Below are positions 43,942 to 53,467 of a DNA stretch of 64,000 nt, in pieces (the first letter of the stretch is position 1; each line of letters starts with the position of its first letter). The notes beneath the pieces are model-generated. The model saw only the letters and a program-made list of their open reading frames with translations, was not told the origin of the DNA and searched no databases. The translations under genes were made by a program, and so were the position numbers. The DNA is from an uncultured delta proteobacterium (GTDB taxonomy: Bacteria > Myxococcota > Myxococcia > SLRQ01). The stretch is from positions 384,001-448,000 of the forward strand of contig CAVSGM010000001.1 in NCBI GenBank assembly GCA_963727485.1, in the 5' to 3' direction.

Positions 43942-45306
43942 CTAGAACCGGCAGCGCTCGACCAGGCGCCTCGGGTCGTGGGCGAGCTCGCCCTCCCAGG
44001 CCTCGGCCAGGACCCGGCCCGGGGAGCGGCCCCGCTCCAGGACCGCCTCCACCGGCTCCAGGAACCGCCGCTCGTCGCGCCCCTTGCTGTCGAGGCGTCC
44101 CTGGCGGGTGAGCCCCGCTGCGGAGATCGCCACCAGCTCCCGGGTCAGCTCCAGCACCGACCTGCCGTGGACCCGGGCCTCGAGGCCGTGGCGGGCGACG
44201 TGGATCAGCGCCTCTTCCCGCTCCGCCAGGCTCCACCCGGCGGTGAGCTCCCCGGCGGCGTCGAGGGCGTCGTCGTCGTAGAGCAGGCCCTTCCACAGGG
44301 CGGGGAAGGCGCAGTTGAGGTCCCGGTCGCAGCAGTCGGCGCCCCGCACCTCGAGGTAGCCCTTGATCCGCACCTCGGGGAAGAGGGTGGTGAGGTGGTC
44401 CTCCCAGTCCGAGAGCCGGGCCCGGTAGCCCTGGAAGCCCTCGCGCAGGAAGGTGCGGAACGGGGTCCCGGCGATCTCCCCCACGTACCGGCCCCGGCGG
44501 CGGATGAAGAACATGGGCACGTCGAGGGCCCACTCCACGTAGGCGCGGTAGCCGAAGCCCTCGTCGAAGACGAAGGGGAGGATGCCGGTGCGGTCGGGGT
44601 CGACGTCGCGCCAGATGCGCTGGCGCTCGCTCACCCACCCGGTGACCTCGCCCTCGACGATGGGGCTGTTGGCGTAGATGGCGCTGATGAGCGGGCTCAC
44701 CGACATGGCCAGGCGCAGCTTCCGGGCCATGTCGGCCTCGCTGGACCAGTCGAAGTTCGCCTGCACCGTGCCGGTCCGGAGCATCATGTCCAGGGCCCGG
44801 TGCCCCCGCTCGGGGAGGTAGCGGCGCATGATGGCGTAGCGCTGCTTGGGCACCCACTCGATGTCCTCGCGCCGGGCGAAGGGGTGGTGGCCGATGCCCA
44901 GCCACACGATGTCGAGCTCCTCGCCGAGGCAGCGGGTGAGCTCCCGGTGGTCGGAGAGCTCGTGGCAGATCTCGTGGACGTCGTGGAGGACGGCCCCGGA
45001 GAGCTCGAGCTGGCCGCCGGGCTCCAGGGAGACGTTGGTGCCGTCCTTGATGAGGGCGATGGTGTCGTGGCCCTCGCGGTACGGGGCGAAGCCCCGTCTC
45101 TCCACCAGGATCTGGAAGATGCGCTCGATGCCCTTCTCGCCGTAGTAGCGCACCGGCTCGAGGCGGTCGGCGGTGAGCCCGATCTTCTCGTGCTCCATGC
45201 CCACCCGGAACGCGTCGGGCGCCTTCTCACCGGCGGCGAAGACGGCGACCAGGTCTTCGATGCGCTCGATCTCCGGCGCGTCTTCGGGGCGGTTGTCGAG
45301 GGACAT
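43942..45306 (-). CDS. gshA: Glutamate--cysteine ligase (plant/alphaproteobacterial type)
   Basis: VGMEHEK, SLEPGGQLELSG, PKQRYAIM, MMLRTGTVQANFD, HLTTLFPEVR, EVRGAD. Confidence 0.93.
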   Translation of the reverse strand: MSLDNRPEDAPEIERIEDLVAVFAAGEKAPDAFRVGMEHEKIGLTADRLEPVRYYGEKGIERIFQILVERRGFAPYREGHDTIALIKDGTNVSLEPGGQLELSGAVLHDVHEICHELSDHRELTRCLGEELDIVWLGIGHHPFARREDIEWVPKQRYAIMRRYLPERGHRALDMMLRTGTVQANFDWSSEADMARKLRLAMSVSPLISAIYANSPIVEGEVTGWVSERQRIWRDVDPDRTGILPFVFDEGFGYRAYVEWALDVPMFFIRRRGRYVGEIAGTPFRTFLREGFQGYRARLSDWEDHLTTLFPEVRIKGYLEVRGADCCDRDLNCAFPALWKGLLYDDDALDAAGELTAGWSLAEREEALIHVARHGLEARVHGRSVLELTRELVAISAAGLTRQGRLDSKGRDERRFLEPVEAVLERGRSPGRVLAEAWEGELAHDPRRLVERCRF

Positions 45307-45479
45307 GGCGTGGGCTCACGGGTGGAGGGGCCAGGAGAGCACATCGCCCGCCGCCGCGGAAGTCGCCTCGAGCGCGGGGCGGCACCGGCCGTCGAGGGCT
45401 ACGCATAGGCCCGGGGGCCCCCGTCCGCCAGCCCCGCAGCTGGCTTTTCCCCGCGCCGGGCCGATGCTATCGGTTCGCC

Positions 45480-46283
45480 ATGGCTGCGCCGGCACAATCC
45501 GCTCCCGACCCCCGGGCCCGCACCGCCACCGGGCGCCTGTTCCAGGGCTTCGCCTATCCCTTCCGGGCGGTGGGCTTCATGTTCCGCCACCCACGCCTGT
45601 GGACCTACGCCCTGGTGCCCATCGCCATCAGCCTGGTGATGCTCTCGGTGCTCTTCGTGGTGCTGGTCTACCAGGCCGGCCACCTCACCGGCCTCATCTG
45701 GGCCCGGCCGGCGTCGTGGTACGGCGAGCTGGCCTGGTACGGCCTCTACTTCCTGGTCTTCGCCGGCACCTTCGTCATCGGGGCCCTGGCCCTGCCCGCG
45801 CTCATCGCCTCGCCGTTCAACGACACCCTCTCCGAGCGCGCCGAGGGCCTGGCCCTCGACACCGACGCCACCCAGAAGCTCACCGTGGGCAAGCTGGTGC
45901 GCGACGTGGGGCGGGTGCTGGCCGACCAGTCGGTGCGCATCCTCCTCCTGCTCCTCGGCCACGCGCTGATCCTCGGGGTGCTCCTCATCCCCGCGGTGGG
46001 CAGCGCCGTGTACCCGGTGCTGGCGACGGCCTGGAGCATCCTCTGGTGCGCCGCCGACTACCTCGACTACCCGATGGGCCGCCACGCCTACCGGTTTCGC
46101 GCCGAGCGCCAGGTCCTCCGCGAGAACTTCGCCCTGACCTGCGGCTTCGGCGCCGGCGTCTACCTCATCCTCCTCATCCCCGTGGTCAACGCCCTCTTCA
46201 TCCCGGTGGCGGTGGTCGGGGGGACGCTCCTCTACGCCGACCTCCAGCGGGCCGGGGCCCTCCCGGCCCCGCCGCGAGGCTGA
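45480..46283 (+). CDS. EI24/CysZ-domain membrane protein
   Basis: LIASPFNDTLSERAE, DYLDYPM and LIPVVN...PVAVVGGT; several TM segments. Confidence 0.85.
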   Translation: MAAPAQSAPDPRARTATGRLFQGFAYPFRAVGFMFRHPRLWTYALVPIAISLVMLSVLFVVLVYQAGHLTGLIWARPASWYGELAWYGLYFLVFAGTFVIGALALPALIASPFNDTLSERAEGLALDTDATQKLTVGKLVRDVGRVLADQSVRILLLLLGHALILGVLLIPAVGSAVYPVLATAWSILWCAADYLDYPMGRHAYRFRAERQVLRENFALTCGFGAGVYLILLIPVVNALFIPVAVVGGTLLYADLQRAGALPAPPRG

Positions 46284-46289
46284 CTCGCC

Positions 46290-47240
46290 ATGGCGCTCTC
46301 AATCCTCTTCCTCATGGACCCGCCGGAGACGGTGAACGTCGACCGGGACACCACCTTCGCCTTCATGCTCGAGGCCCAGAGCCGGGGCCACCGGGTCGCC
46401 TACGCGCGCAAGGAGTGGGTCTACCACCTCGGCGGCGTCACCCGGACCCGGTGGCAGCCGGCGACGGTGGCGAGGGCGCCGCACCCGGATCACGTGAAGC
46501 TCGGGCCCGTGGAGGACGGGCCCCTCGAGGACCACCAGGTGGTCTTCGTCCGCCCCGACCCGCCCTTCGACATCGAGTACGTCAAGCTCACCTGGCTCCT
46601 CGACGCGGTGGACCGGAAGCGGACCTTCATCCTCAACGAGCCCGCGGGGATCCGGGGCGCCAGCGAGAAGCTCTACACCCTGCGCTTCCCCGAGCTCTGC
46701 CCCAGGACCCTGATCACCCGGGAGGTGCCCCGGCTCCGCGCCTTCCTCGACGCCCTCGGGGGCCGGATGGTGGTCAAGCCGGTGGACCTCATGGGGGGCT
46801 ACGGGGTGTTCGTGGTCGACGCCTCCGACGCCAACCGGAACGCCATCCTCGAGACCTCCACCCGCGACGGGAAGGACCTGGTGGTCGCCCAGGCCTACCT
46901 CCCCGAGGCCCGGGAGGGGGACAAGCGGATCATCGTCCTCGACGGCGAGCCCATCGGGGCGACGCTGCGCGTGCCCGCGCCCGGGGAGCACCGGGGGAAC
47001 ATCCACGTCGGCGCCACCACCGAGCACGCGGAGCTCACCGAGGCCGACCTGCACATCTGCGAGACCCTGGCCCCGCACCTCAAGGACGACGGGCTCTACT
47101 TCGTGGGTCTCGACGTCATCGGCGGCAAGCTCACCGAGGTGAACGTCACCAGCCCCACCGGGGTGCAGGAGATCGACCGCCAGAGCGGCCTGAAACTCGA
47201 AGCCCGGGTCCTCGACTTCGTCGAGGCCCGGGCTCCTTGA
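46290..47240 (+). CDS. gshB: Glutathione synthetase
   Basis: FLMDP, DTTFAFMLEAQ, RPDPPFD, GDKRII, GLDVIGGKLTEVNVTSPTG. Confidence 0.96.
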   Translation: MALSILFLMDPPETVNVDRDTTFAFMLEAQSRGHRVAYARKEWVYHLGGVTRTRWQPATVARAPHPDHVKLGPVEDGPLEDHQVVFVRPDPPFDIEYVKLTWLLDAVDRKRTFILNEPAGIRGASEKLYTLRFPELCPRTLITREVPRLRAFLDALGGRMVVKPVDLMGGYGVFVVDASDANRNAILETSTRDGKDLVVAQAYLPEAREGDKRIIVLDGEPIGATLRVPAPGEHRGNIHVGATTEHAELTEADLHICETLAPHLKDDGLYFVGLDVIGGKLTEVNVTSPTGVQEIDRQSGLKLEARVLDFVEARAP

Positions 47241-47260
47241 GAAGCTGAAGGGTCGAAGAC

Positions 47261-47554
47261 CTACTTGGTCTCGGCCTTCTTCTCCATCTTCTTCTTGGCG
47301 TGGTGCGCCTTCTTCTTCATGGCGTGCTTCGCATGCTTCTTGGCGTGGTGCTCCTTCTTCGCCGCATGCTTGGCCATCTTCTTGGCGTGGTGCTTCTTCT
47401 CCGCCTTCTTGGCCATCTTCTTGTGGTGGTGGTGCTTGGCCTTCATCTCCTTCTTGGCCGGGGCCGGCGCAGCAGCGTCGGCGGCGAAGGCCGCGGTGGA
47501 GAGCCCGAGGGCAGCGAAGGCGACAATCATCATCTTGGCGAGGTTGCGAAGCAT
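47261..47554 (-). CDS. Small secreted His/Lys/Ala-rich protein (Asr-like composition)
   Basis: AGGAG RBS; Sec signal ending AFA; mature part has 13 His and three HHAKK repeats. Confidence 0.8.
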   Translation of the reverse strand: MLRNLAKMMIVAFAALGLSTAAFAADAAAPAPAKKEMKAKHHHHKKMAKKAEKKHHAKKMAKHAAKKEHHAKKHAKHAMKKKAHHAKKKMEKKAETK

Positions 47555-47559
47555 GTCTG

Positions 47560-47845
47560 GTGCTCCTGTAGGTGCGGCAACGTGCCGCGGTTCAACTGCC
47601 GCGTAAGCCGGTCGGCAGAGTTCGGAAGGCGCGCCCCGAGGCCTATTCCATCGGGAGGCGTGCCGATTCGGACGCACCGGCGTCCGCGAAAGGTACGAGC
47701 GGGGAGGATCCCCTCCATGTTTCCTGGCGGAGGCAGGCACGCCTCCGAGTCGTATTGACCAAAGTTTTGCCTGCCTTGTGGTCCGCCGTAGCCGTAATGG
47801 CGGGCTCCTCTAGACCACGGACCCCCGAGGGGCGCCCAAGGTAAA
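47560..47845 (-). ncRNA. Candidate structured cis-regulatory leader RNA (family unassigned)
   Basis: Dense hairpins and mutually exclusive stems between a putative promoter and the RBS of the His/Lys-rich gene. Confidence 0.4.
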
Positions 47846-47849
47846 GCGG

Positions 47850-47878
47850 AGAATGTCCGGCGGCGCCCGGGATGGCAA
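47850..47878 (-). promoter_or_regulatory. Putative sigma70 promoter TTGCCA-N17-CATTCT
   Basis: Partial consensus match with exact 17-nt spacing, upstream of the structured leader. Confidence 0.45.
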
Positions 47879-47905
47879 GCCCAAAACGTCCCCCCCGCAC
47901 GCCCC

Positions 47906-48934
47906 CTAGGATGCCAACCGTGCCAAGCTGCCGAGCGCCCGGCGCCGCTCGCCCCGGCCCCGGAGGAAGCGGCGGAAGGCGAAGGCCCCGGCGACGGCGA
48001 GGACGAGGTACCCGGGCCAGCCCAGGGTGCCCACGGTCAGCGCCTGGTAGCCCACGGTGCCCATGATGAAGTAGCTGGTGGCCTGGTTGACCACCCCGTG
48101 GCCGAGGGCCGGGGCGACGACCGAGCCGCTCGTCTCGAAGAGCCACTGGAGCACCGGCGAGAGGAGCACGCAGAAGCCCACGAAGAGGCCGGCGCCGAGC
48201 CAGGGGTGCCCCGGGTAGTTGTGGCCCATGAGGATGATGGGCAGGTGCCACAGGCCCCAGATGGCCCCGGCGACCAGAAGGCCCGCGGGCCGGCCGAGCA
48301 GGCGCATGAGGATCGGGGTGAGGTGGCCCCGCCAGCCGAGCTCCTCGCCGAGGGCGAAGGGCAGGCCGAGGACCGGCCCCACGATCACCGCCTGGACGAA
48401 GAAGATCGCGTGGAGGCCCAGCTTGGGCATCTTGTCGAAGTGGGCCACGTCCTGGCCCTGCTGCACCAGGAGCTCCCGGTAGTGGGTCAGGGCCCAGTCG
48501 AAGTGGGCCGGGCCCACCAGGTAGCTGACGGCGAAGGCGGCGACGACCACCCCCAGGGGGATGACGAAGGCGAGCAGCCAGCCCCGGTAGAGGCCGAAGG
48601 TCAGGCCCAGGTCCCGCAGCGGCTGGCGCACCACCGCCCCCCGGACCACCAGGGCCGCGATCCCCGGGCAGAGCATCATCCCAAAGAGCCCGGCCTCGAG
48701 GGCCAGGTGGTCGCCCATGGTCTTGGGGGGGACCCGGAGGGCGTCGGGGCCGTAGTGGACGTAGAGGACGGCGGCGAGGCCCCAGGCGAGGCCGAAGGCC
48801 AGGACCAGGTAGACCGAAAGCGATCGGACGAGGCGCCGGGTGGGGACGCCCTCGGTGGGATCGACCGGGGGCGGGAGGCCCTTGTCCGGGGCGTCCTCGG
48901 GGGCCGGCGCGTCGGGGGGCGTGGGGTCGCTCAC
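47906..48934 (-). CDS. CPBP (CAAX/Abi) intramembrane metalloprotease
   Basis: GEELGWRG, WGLWHLP, ALGHGVVN. Confidence 0.92.
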   Translation of the reverse strand: MSDPTPPDAPAPEDAPDKGLPPPVDPTEGVPTRRLVRSLSVYLVLAFGLAWGLAAVLYVHYGPDALRVPPKTMGDHLALEAGLFGMMLCPGIAALVVRGAVVRQPLRDLGLTFGLYRGWLLAFVIPLGVVVAAFAVSYLVGPAHFDWALTHYRELLVQQGQDVAHFDKMPKLGLHAIFFVQAVIVGPVLGLPFALGEELGWRGHLTPILMRLLGRPAGLLVAGAIWGLWHLPIILMGHNYPGHPWLGAGLFVGFCVLLSPVLQWLFETSGSVVAPALGHGVVNQATSYFIMGTVGYQALTVGTLGWPGYLVLAVAGAFAFRRFLRGRGERRRALGSLARLAS

Positions 48935-49098
48935 CGGGCGGCGATAGCACCGGGCCGCCCGGGCGGGCAAGGGCGCGGGGGCGGGCCTGGCCGAGGGGGT
49001 CGCCGCGGGGCCGGGGGCGGAGCCCGGGTTTTCCCGCCCGCCATGGCGACTACCCTGCCCTCGGGGGCCGGGTCCGGGCGCCCTGGCCGGGGGGGCCG

Positions 49099-50118
49099 AT
49101 GACCGAGCACATCCTGCTGTGGAGTGCCTTCGTGGTGGCGGCGGCGGCCATCACCGCGGCGGGGACGGTCCTGTCCCGGCAGGGGAACGTGATCGCGGTC
49201 CACAGCGGCCTCGGGGGGACCTGGGTGGGGGTGGTCCTCATCGCCTCGGTCACCTCGCTCCCGGAGCTCGCCACCGGGGTCAGCGCGGTGACCGTCGCCG
49301 GCACGCCCGACATCGCCGTGGGCGACGCCTTGGGCAGCTGCGTGTTCAACCTCCTCATCATCGTGGTCCTCGACTTCGTCGCCCGGGGCGAGTCGGTCTA
49401 CACCCGGGCCAGCCGCGGCCACGTGCTCTCCGCCGCCTTCGGGATCGTGCTGCTCGGGGTGGTGGCCTTCAACCTGCCCCTGCCCGGGGTCAAGCCGCCG
49501 CCGTCGCTCTTCCACGTGGGCGTCTACACGCCGATCCTCATCGCCGGCTACCTCCTCTCGATGCGCACGGTGTTCCGCTTCGAGAAGCAGGTGGCCCTCG
49601 AGGCGACGGGGCCCGAGCCCCCGTTCCGGGACCGGGCGAAGCTCCGGGGGGCCCTGTGGCGCTTCGGGATCGCGGCGATGGTGGTGGTGGTCGCCGGGGC
49701 GTCGCTGCCCTTCATCGGGGAGCGCCTCGCGACCTTGATGCACCTGAAGCAGACCTTCGTGGGCACCCTCTTCGTGGCGCTCGCCACCTCGCTGCCGGAG
49801 GTGGTGGTCACGGTGAGCGCCCTGCGCATCGGGGCGGTGGACATGGCCATCGCCGACCTCTTCGGCTCCAACCTCTTCGACCTGCTCATCCTCGCCATCG
49901 ACGACCTCCTCTTCTTCAAGGGGCCGATCCTCTCGGACGTCTCGGTGGGCCACCGGCTCACGGTGGTCACCGCGATCATGATGACCGGCATCGCCATCGT
50001 CGGCCTCCTCTACCGGCCGAAGAAGCGGGTGCTGAAGACGGTCGGGTGGGTGAGCCTCTTCCTCCTGGTGCTCTATGTCCTCAACGCCTACGTCCTCACC
50101 CTCGCCGGCGAAGGCTGA
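49099..50118 (+). CDS. Sodium:calcium antiporter (CaCA family)
   Basis: Two alpha repeats: TSLPE...GSCVFN and TSLPE...GSNLFD. Confidence 0.92.
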   Translation: MTEHILLWSAFVVAAAAITAAGTVLSRQGNVIAVHSGLGGTWVGVVLIASVTSLPELATGVSAVTVAGTPDIAVGDALGSCVFNLLIIVVLDFVARGESVYTRASRGHVLSAAFGIVLLGVVAFNLPLPGVKPPPSLFHVGVYTPILIAGYLLSMRTVFRFEKQVALEATGPEPPFRDRAKLRGALWRFGIAAMVVVVAGASLPFIGERLATLMHLKQTFVGTLFVALATSLPEVVVTVSALRIGAVDMAIADLFGSNLFDLLILAIDDLLFFKGPILSDVSVGHRLTVVTAIMMTGIAIVGLLYRPKKRVLKTVGWVSLFLLVLYVLNAYVLTLAGEG

Positions 50119-50128
50119 CGCGCCGCGG

Positions 50129-52759
50129 GTGCCCCCTGGCTTCTCGGGCAACGGCCTGCGGCCCTGGACGGTGCCGGCCGCGGAGGTCGCGCGCCGGGCC
50201 GGGGTGGAGGTGGCCACGGGGCTCTCGCCGGAGGTCGCCGCGGCGCGCCTCGCCGAGCACGGGCCCAACCGGATCACCCAGGGGAAGCGCCGGGGGCCCT
50301 GGCGCATCGTCCTCGCCCAGCTCGCCGACGTGATGATCCTGATCCTCCTGGTCGCGGCGGTGGTCTCGGGGCTCCTCGGCGAGGTCCTGGACGCGGCGGC
50401 AATCGTGGCCATCGTGGTGCTCAACGCCATCGTGGGCTTCGTCCAGGAGTACCGGGCGGAGAAGGCGATGGACGCCCTCCAGGCGATGGCGGCGCCGGTG
50501 GCGAGGGTGCGCCGGGGCGGGCGGGCTCTGACCGTCGACGCCGGCTCGGTGGTGCCCGGCGACGTGGTGCTCCTCGAGGCCGGGGCCATCGTCCCCGCGG
50601 ACCTGCGGCTCACCGAGGTGGCGCGCCTGCGCACCCAGGAGGCGGCGCTGACCGGCGAGTCGGCGCCGGTGGACAAGACGGTCACCCCCGGGACCGACGC
50701 CGAGGCCGGGGTCGGCGACCGGCTGGCCATGGCCTTCAAGGGGACGCTGGTGGTCTACGGCCGGGGCGAGGGGGTGGTCACGGCCACGGCCATGGACACC
50801 GAGCTCGGGCGCATCGCCCGGCTGCTCCAGGCCGAGGCCCCGGGGATGACGCCGCTCCAGAAGCGCCTCTCGGCCTTCGGGCGGCGGCTGGCGATCGGGA
50901 TCCTGGTGCTCTGCGCGGTGCTCTTCGGGATCGGGGTGCTCCGGGGCGAGGCGCCCCTGGTGATGTTCCTGGTGGCGGTGAGCCTGGCGGTGGCGGCGAT
51001 CCCCGAGGCGCTGCCGGCGGTGGTCACGGTGGCGCTGGCGCTCGGGGCCCGGCGGATGGCGGCGCGCCACGCCCTGGTCCGGCGCCTGGCGGCGGTGGAG
51101 AGCCTGGGGTCGGTCACCTGGATCTGCGCCGACAAGACCGGGACCCTGACCCAGAACCGGATGGAGGTCGACGACGTGTGGGTCGCCTCCGAGGACCTGC
51201 GCGACGCGCTCCACCGGGCGATGTGCCTGAACAACGACGCCCGCAGCGACGAGGATGGCTCGGTCCACGGCGACCCCACGGAGGCGGCGCTCCTGGTCGC
51301 CGCCGCGGAGGTGGGGCTCTACCGCGGGGACGTGGAGGCGGCGCGCCCCCGGGTGGCCGAGCTGCCCTTCGACTCCGACCGCAAGCGGATGACCACCTTC
51401 CACCGGGACGGCGAGGCGGTGATCGCCTACACCAAGGGCGCCCCGGAGGCGGTGTTCGACCGGTGCCCCGACGGGGCGGGGCGGCAGCAGGCGGCGGAGG
51501 CGGCGGCGGCGATGGCGGCGAGGGGGCTCAGGGTGCTGGCCTTCGCCCGGCGGGGGTGGGAGGCGGTGCCGCCACAGCTCGCCGACGGCGCGGACCCGGC
51601 GGAGGCCGACGCGGTGGAGTCGGGTCTCACGCTGCTGGGCCTGGTGGGGCTCATCGACCCGCCGCGTCCGGAGGCGCGCCACGCGGTGGACGAGTGCCGG
51701 GAGGCGGGCATCGTGCCGGTGATGATCACCGGCGACCACCCGGCGACGGCCCGGGCGGTGGCCACCGAGCTGGGGATCCTCGAGGCCGGGGCCGAGGTGC
51801 TCACCGGCGCCGACCTCCGGGCGCTGCCCGCCGAGGCGCTGGCGGCGCGGGTGGAGAAGGTCCGGGTCTACGCCCGGGTGGACCCGGAGCAGAAGATCGA
51901 CATCGTGAAGGCGCTGCAGGCCCGGGGGCAGTTCGTGGCGATGACCGGCGACGGGGTCAACGACGCGCCCGCCCTGCGCCGCGCGGACGTGGGGGTGGCG
52001 ATGGGGCTCGGGGGCACGGACGTGGCCCGGGAGGCGTCGGCGCTCATCCTCCTCGACGACGACTTCGCCACCATCGTCGCCGCGGTCGAGGAGGGCCGGC
52101 GGATCTTCGACAACATCCGCAAGTTCGTGCGCTTCGTCCTCGGGGGGAACCTGGGCGAGATCCTCACGGTGTTCCTGGCGCCCCTCATCGGCCTGCCGAT
52201 GGCGCTGTTGCCCATCCAGATCCTGTGGGTGAACCTCTTGACCGACGGGCTCCCGGGGCTGGCGCTCACGGTGGAGGGCGCCGAGCCGGGGGTGATGCAG
52301 CGGCCGCCGCTGAAGCCCGGCGCCGGGATCTTCGACCTGGGCGTGGCGCGCCACGTGGTCGGCGCCGGGACCCTCATCGGCGCCCTGACCCTGGGGACGT
52401 TCTGGGTGGCCGAGCACCTGGGCCTGCCCGAGTCCCGGACGCTGGCGTTCACGGTGCTCACCTTCGCCCAGATGGGGCACGTCTCGGGGGTGCGGGCGAC
52501 CCGGGCGTCGACGTTCTCGCTGGGGCTGCTCTCCAACCGGTTCATGCTGGTGGCGGTGGGGCTGACGGTGCTGCTCCAGCTCGCGGTGGTCTACCTGCCG
52601 CCGCTGCAGGTGGTGATGAAGACCCAGGCGCTGACGCTTGCGGAGCTGGGGCTCGCGGCGGGGCTCGCGGGGGTGGTGTTCTTCGCGGTGGAGACGGAGA
52701 AGGCGGTGCTCCGGCTCATCGATCGGCGGCGGGCACGGCGCGGGCCGCCGGCGGCGTAG
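50129..52759 (+). CDS. Cation-transporting P-type ATPase (P2A, Ca2+-like)
   Basis: LTGES, AIPEALP, DKTGTLT, KGAPE, MITGDH, TGDGVNDAPAL, QILWVNLLTD. The start is approximate. Confidence 0.95.
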   Translation: MPPGFSGNGLRPWTVPAAEVARRAGVEVATGLSPEVAAARLAEHGPNRITQGKRRGPWRIVLAQLADVMILILLVAAVVSGLLGEVLDAAAIVAIVVLNAIVGFVQEYRAEKAMDALQAMAAPVARVRRGGRALTVDAGSVVPGDVVLLEAGAIVPADLRLTEVARLRTQEAALTGESAPVDKTVTPGTDAEAGVGDRLAMAFKGTLVVYGRGEGVVTATAMDTELGRIARLLQAEAPGMTPLQKRLSAFGRRLAIGILVLCAVLFGIGVLRGEAPLVMFLVAVSLAVAAIPEALPAVVTVALALGARRMAARHALVRRLAAVESLGSVTWICADKTGTLTQNRMEVDDVWVASEDLRDALHRAMCLNNDARSDEDGSVHGDPTEAALLVAAAEVGLYRGDVEAARPRVAELPFDSDRKRMTTFHRDGEAVIAYTKGAPEAVFDRCPDGAGRQQAAEAAAAMAARGLRVLAFARRGWEAVPPQLADGADPAEADAVESGLTLLGLVGLIDPPRPEARHAVDECREAGIVPVMITGDHPATARAVATELGILEAGAEVLTGADLRALPAEALAARVEKVRVYARVDPEQKIDIVKALQARGQFVAMTGDGVNDAPALRRADVGVAMGLGGTDVAREASALILLDDDFATIVAAVEEGRRIFDNIRKFVRFVLGGNLGEILTVFLAPLIGLPMALLPIQILWVNLLTDGLPGLALTVEGAEPGVMQRPPLKPGAGIFDLGVARHVVGAGTLIGALTLGTFWVAEHLGLPESRTLAFTVLTFAQMGHVSGVRATRASTFSLGLLSNRFMLVAVGLTVLLQLAVVYLPPLQVVMKTQALTLAELGLAAGLAGVVFFAVETEKAVLRLIDRRRARRGPPAA

Positions 52760-52888
52760 GTGGACGGGGTCGGCGGGTCCGGGGCCCGCGTCCTGCCGCG
52801 GTGCGGCGTGGGGGCGCGCGCCGGGTCTGGTACTCTGCTTCCCTCGCCGCCGGGCTCGCCACGGGCCCCGGGGCGCAGGGGAGGCACC

Positions 52889-53437
52889 ATGAACGTCAAG
52901 GGAAGCGCCTGGCTCGCGCGTCGGTCCATGCTCATCGCCGAGTTCGGCCAGGCGGCCTACGACGACTTCATCGGCGAGCTGCGCCGCGAGGACCCCACCT
53001 TCGACGTCCCCTCGCTGCCCTCGAGCAAGGTGCCCATCGAGGGCTTCCTCAAGTTCAACGACCGGGCCATCGACCGGTTCTACGAGGGCGAGCTGGAGAC
53101 CTACTTCACCTTCGGCGCCGCCTCCGCCGACTACTTCTCCAGCGGCGGCCCCTACCAGAAGACCTTCTTCTCCGCGGACTGGCACACCTTCCTCCGCCGG
53201 GCGCCGCTGCTGTGGACCCAGGTCTACGACGAGGGGGCGGTGCAGGTGATCGACGGCGAGACCATCGAGGTGCGGGTGGTGCGCGCCCCGGTGAAGCACG
53301 TGTACTTCGAGTACTTCATCGTCGCCTTCGTGGAGCGGGGGATGGAGATCCTCCGGGCGCCGAAGCATCGCCGCGAGCGGGTACACGGCTTCTCCAACGG
53401 CGACGACGAGGTCTACTACCGGTTCCTGCGGGCGTGA
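52889..53437 (+). CDS. Hypothetical protein, myxococcal TIGR02265/DUF2378-like
   Basis: GGAGG RBS; N-terminal NVKGS motif and LWTQVYDEG as seen in this family. Confidence 0.6.
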   Translation: MNVKGSAWLARRSMLIAEFGQAAYDDFIGELRREDPTFDVPSLPSSKVPIEGFLKFNDRAIDRFYEGELETYFTFGAASADYFSSGGPYQKTFFSADWHTFLRRAPLLWTQVYDEGAVQVIDGETIEVRVVRAPVKHVYFEYFIVAFVERGMEILRAPKHRRERVHGFSNGDDEVYYRFLRA

Positions 53438-53467
53438 GTCCCCGCGCGGGCCCGGGACCCGCTCGCG

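Noticed and set aside
47700..47830. tRNA-, tmRNA- or ykkC-like words (GGGGTCCGTGGTCTAGAGG...CCGCCA)
   Set aside because: There is no T-loop (TTCGA) or cloverleaf and no tag ORF, and the ykkC core is only loosely matched. Kept only as an unassigned structured RNA.
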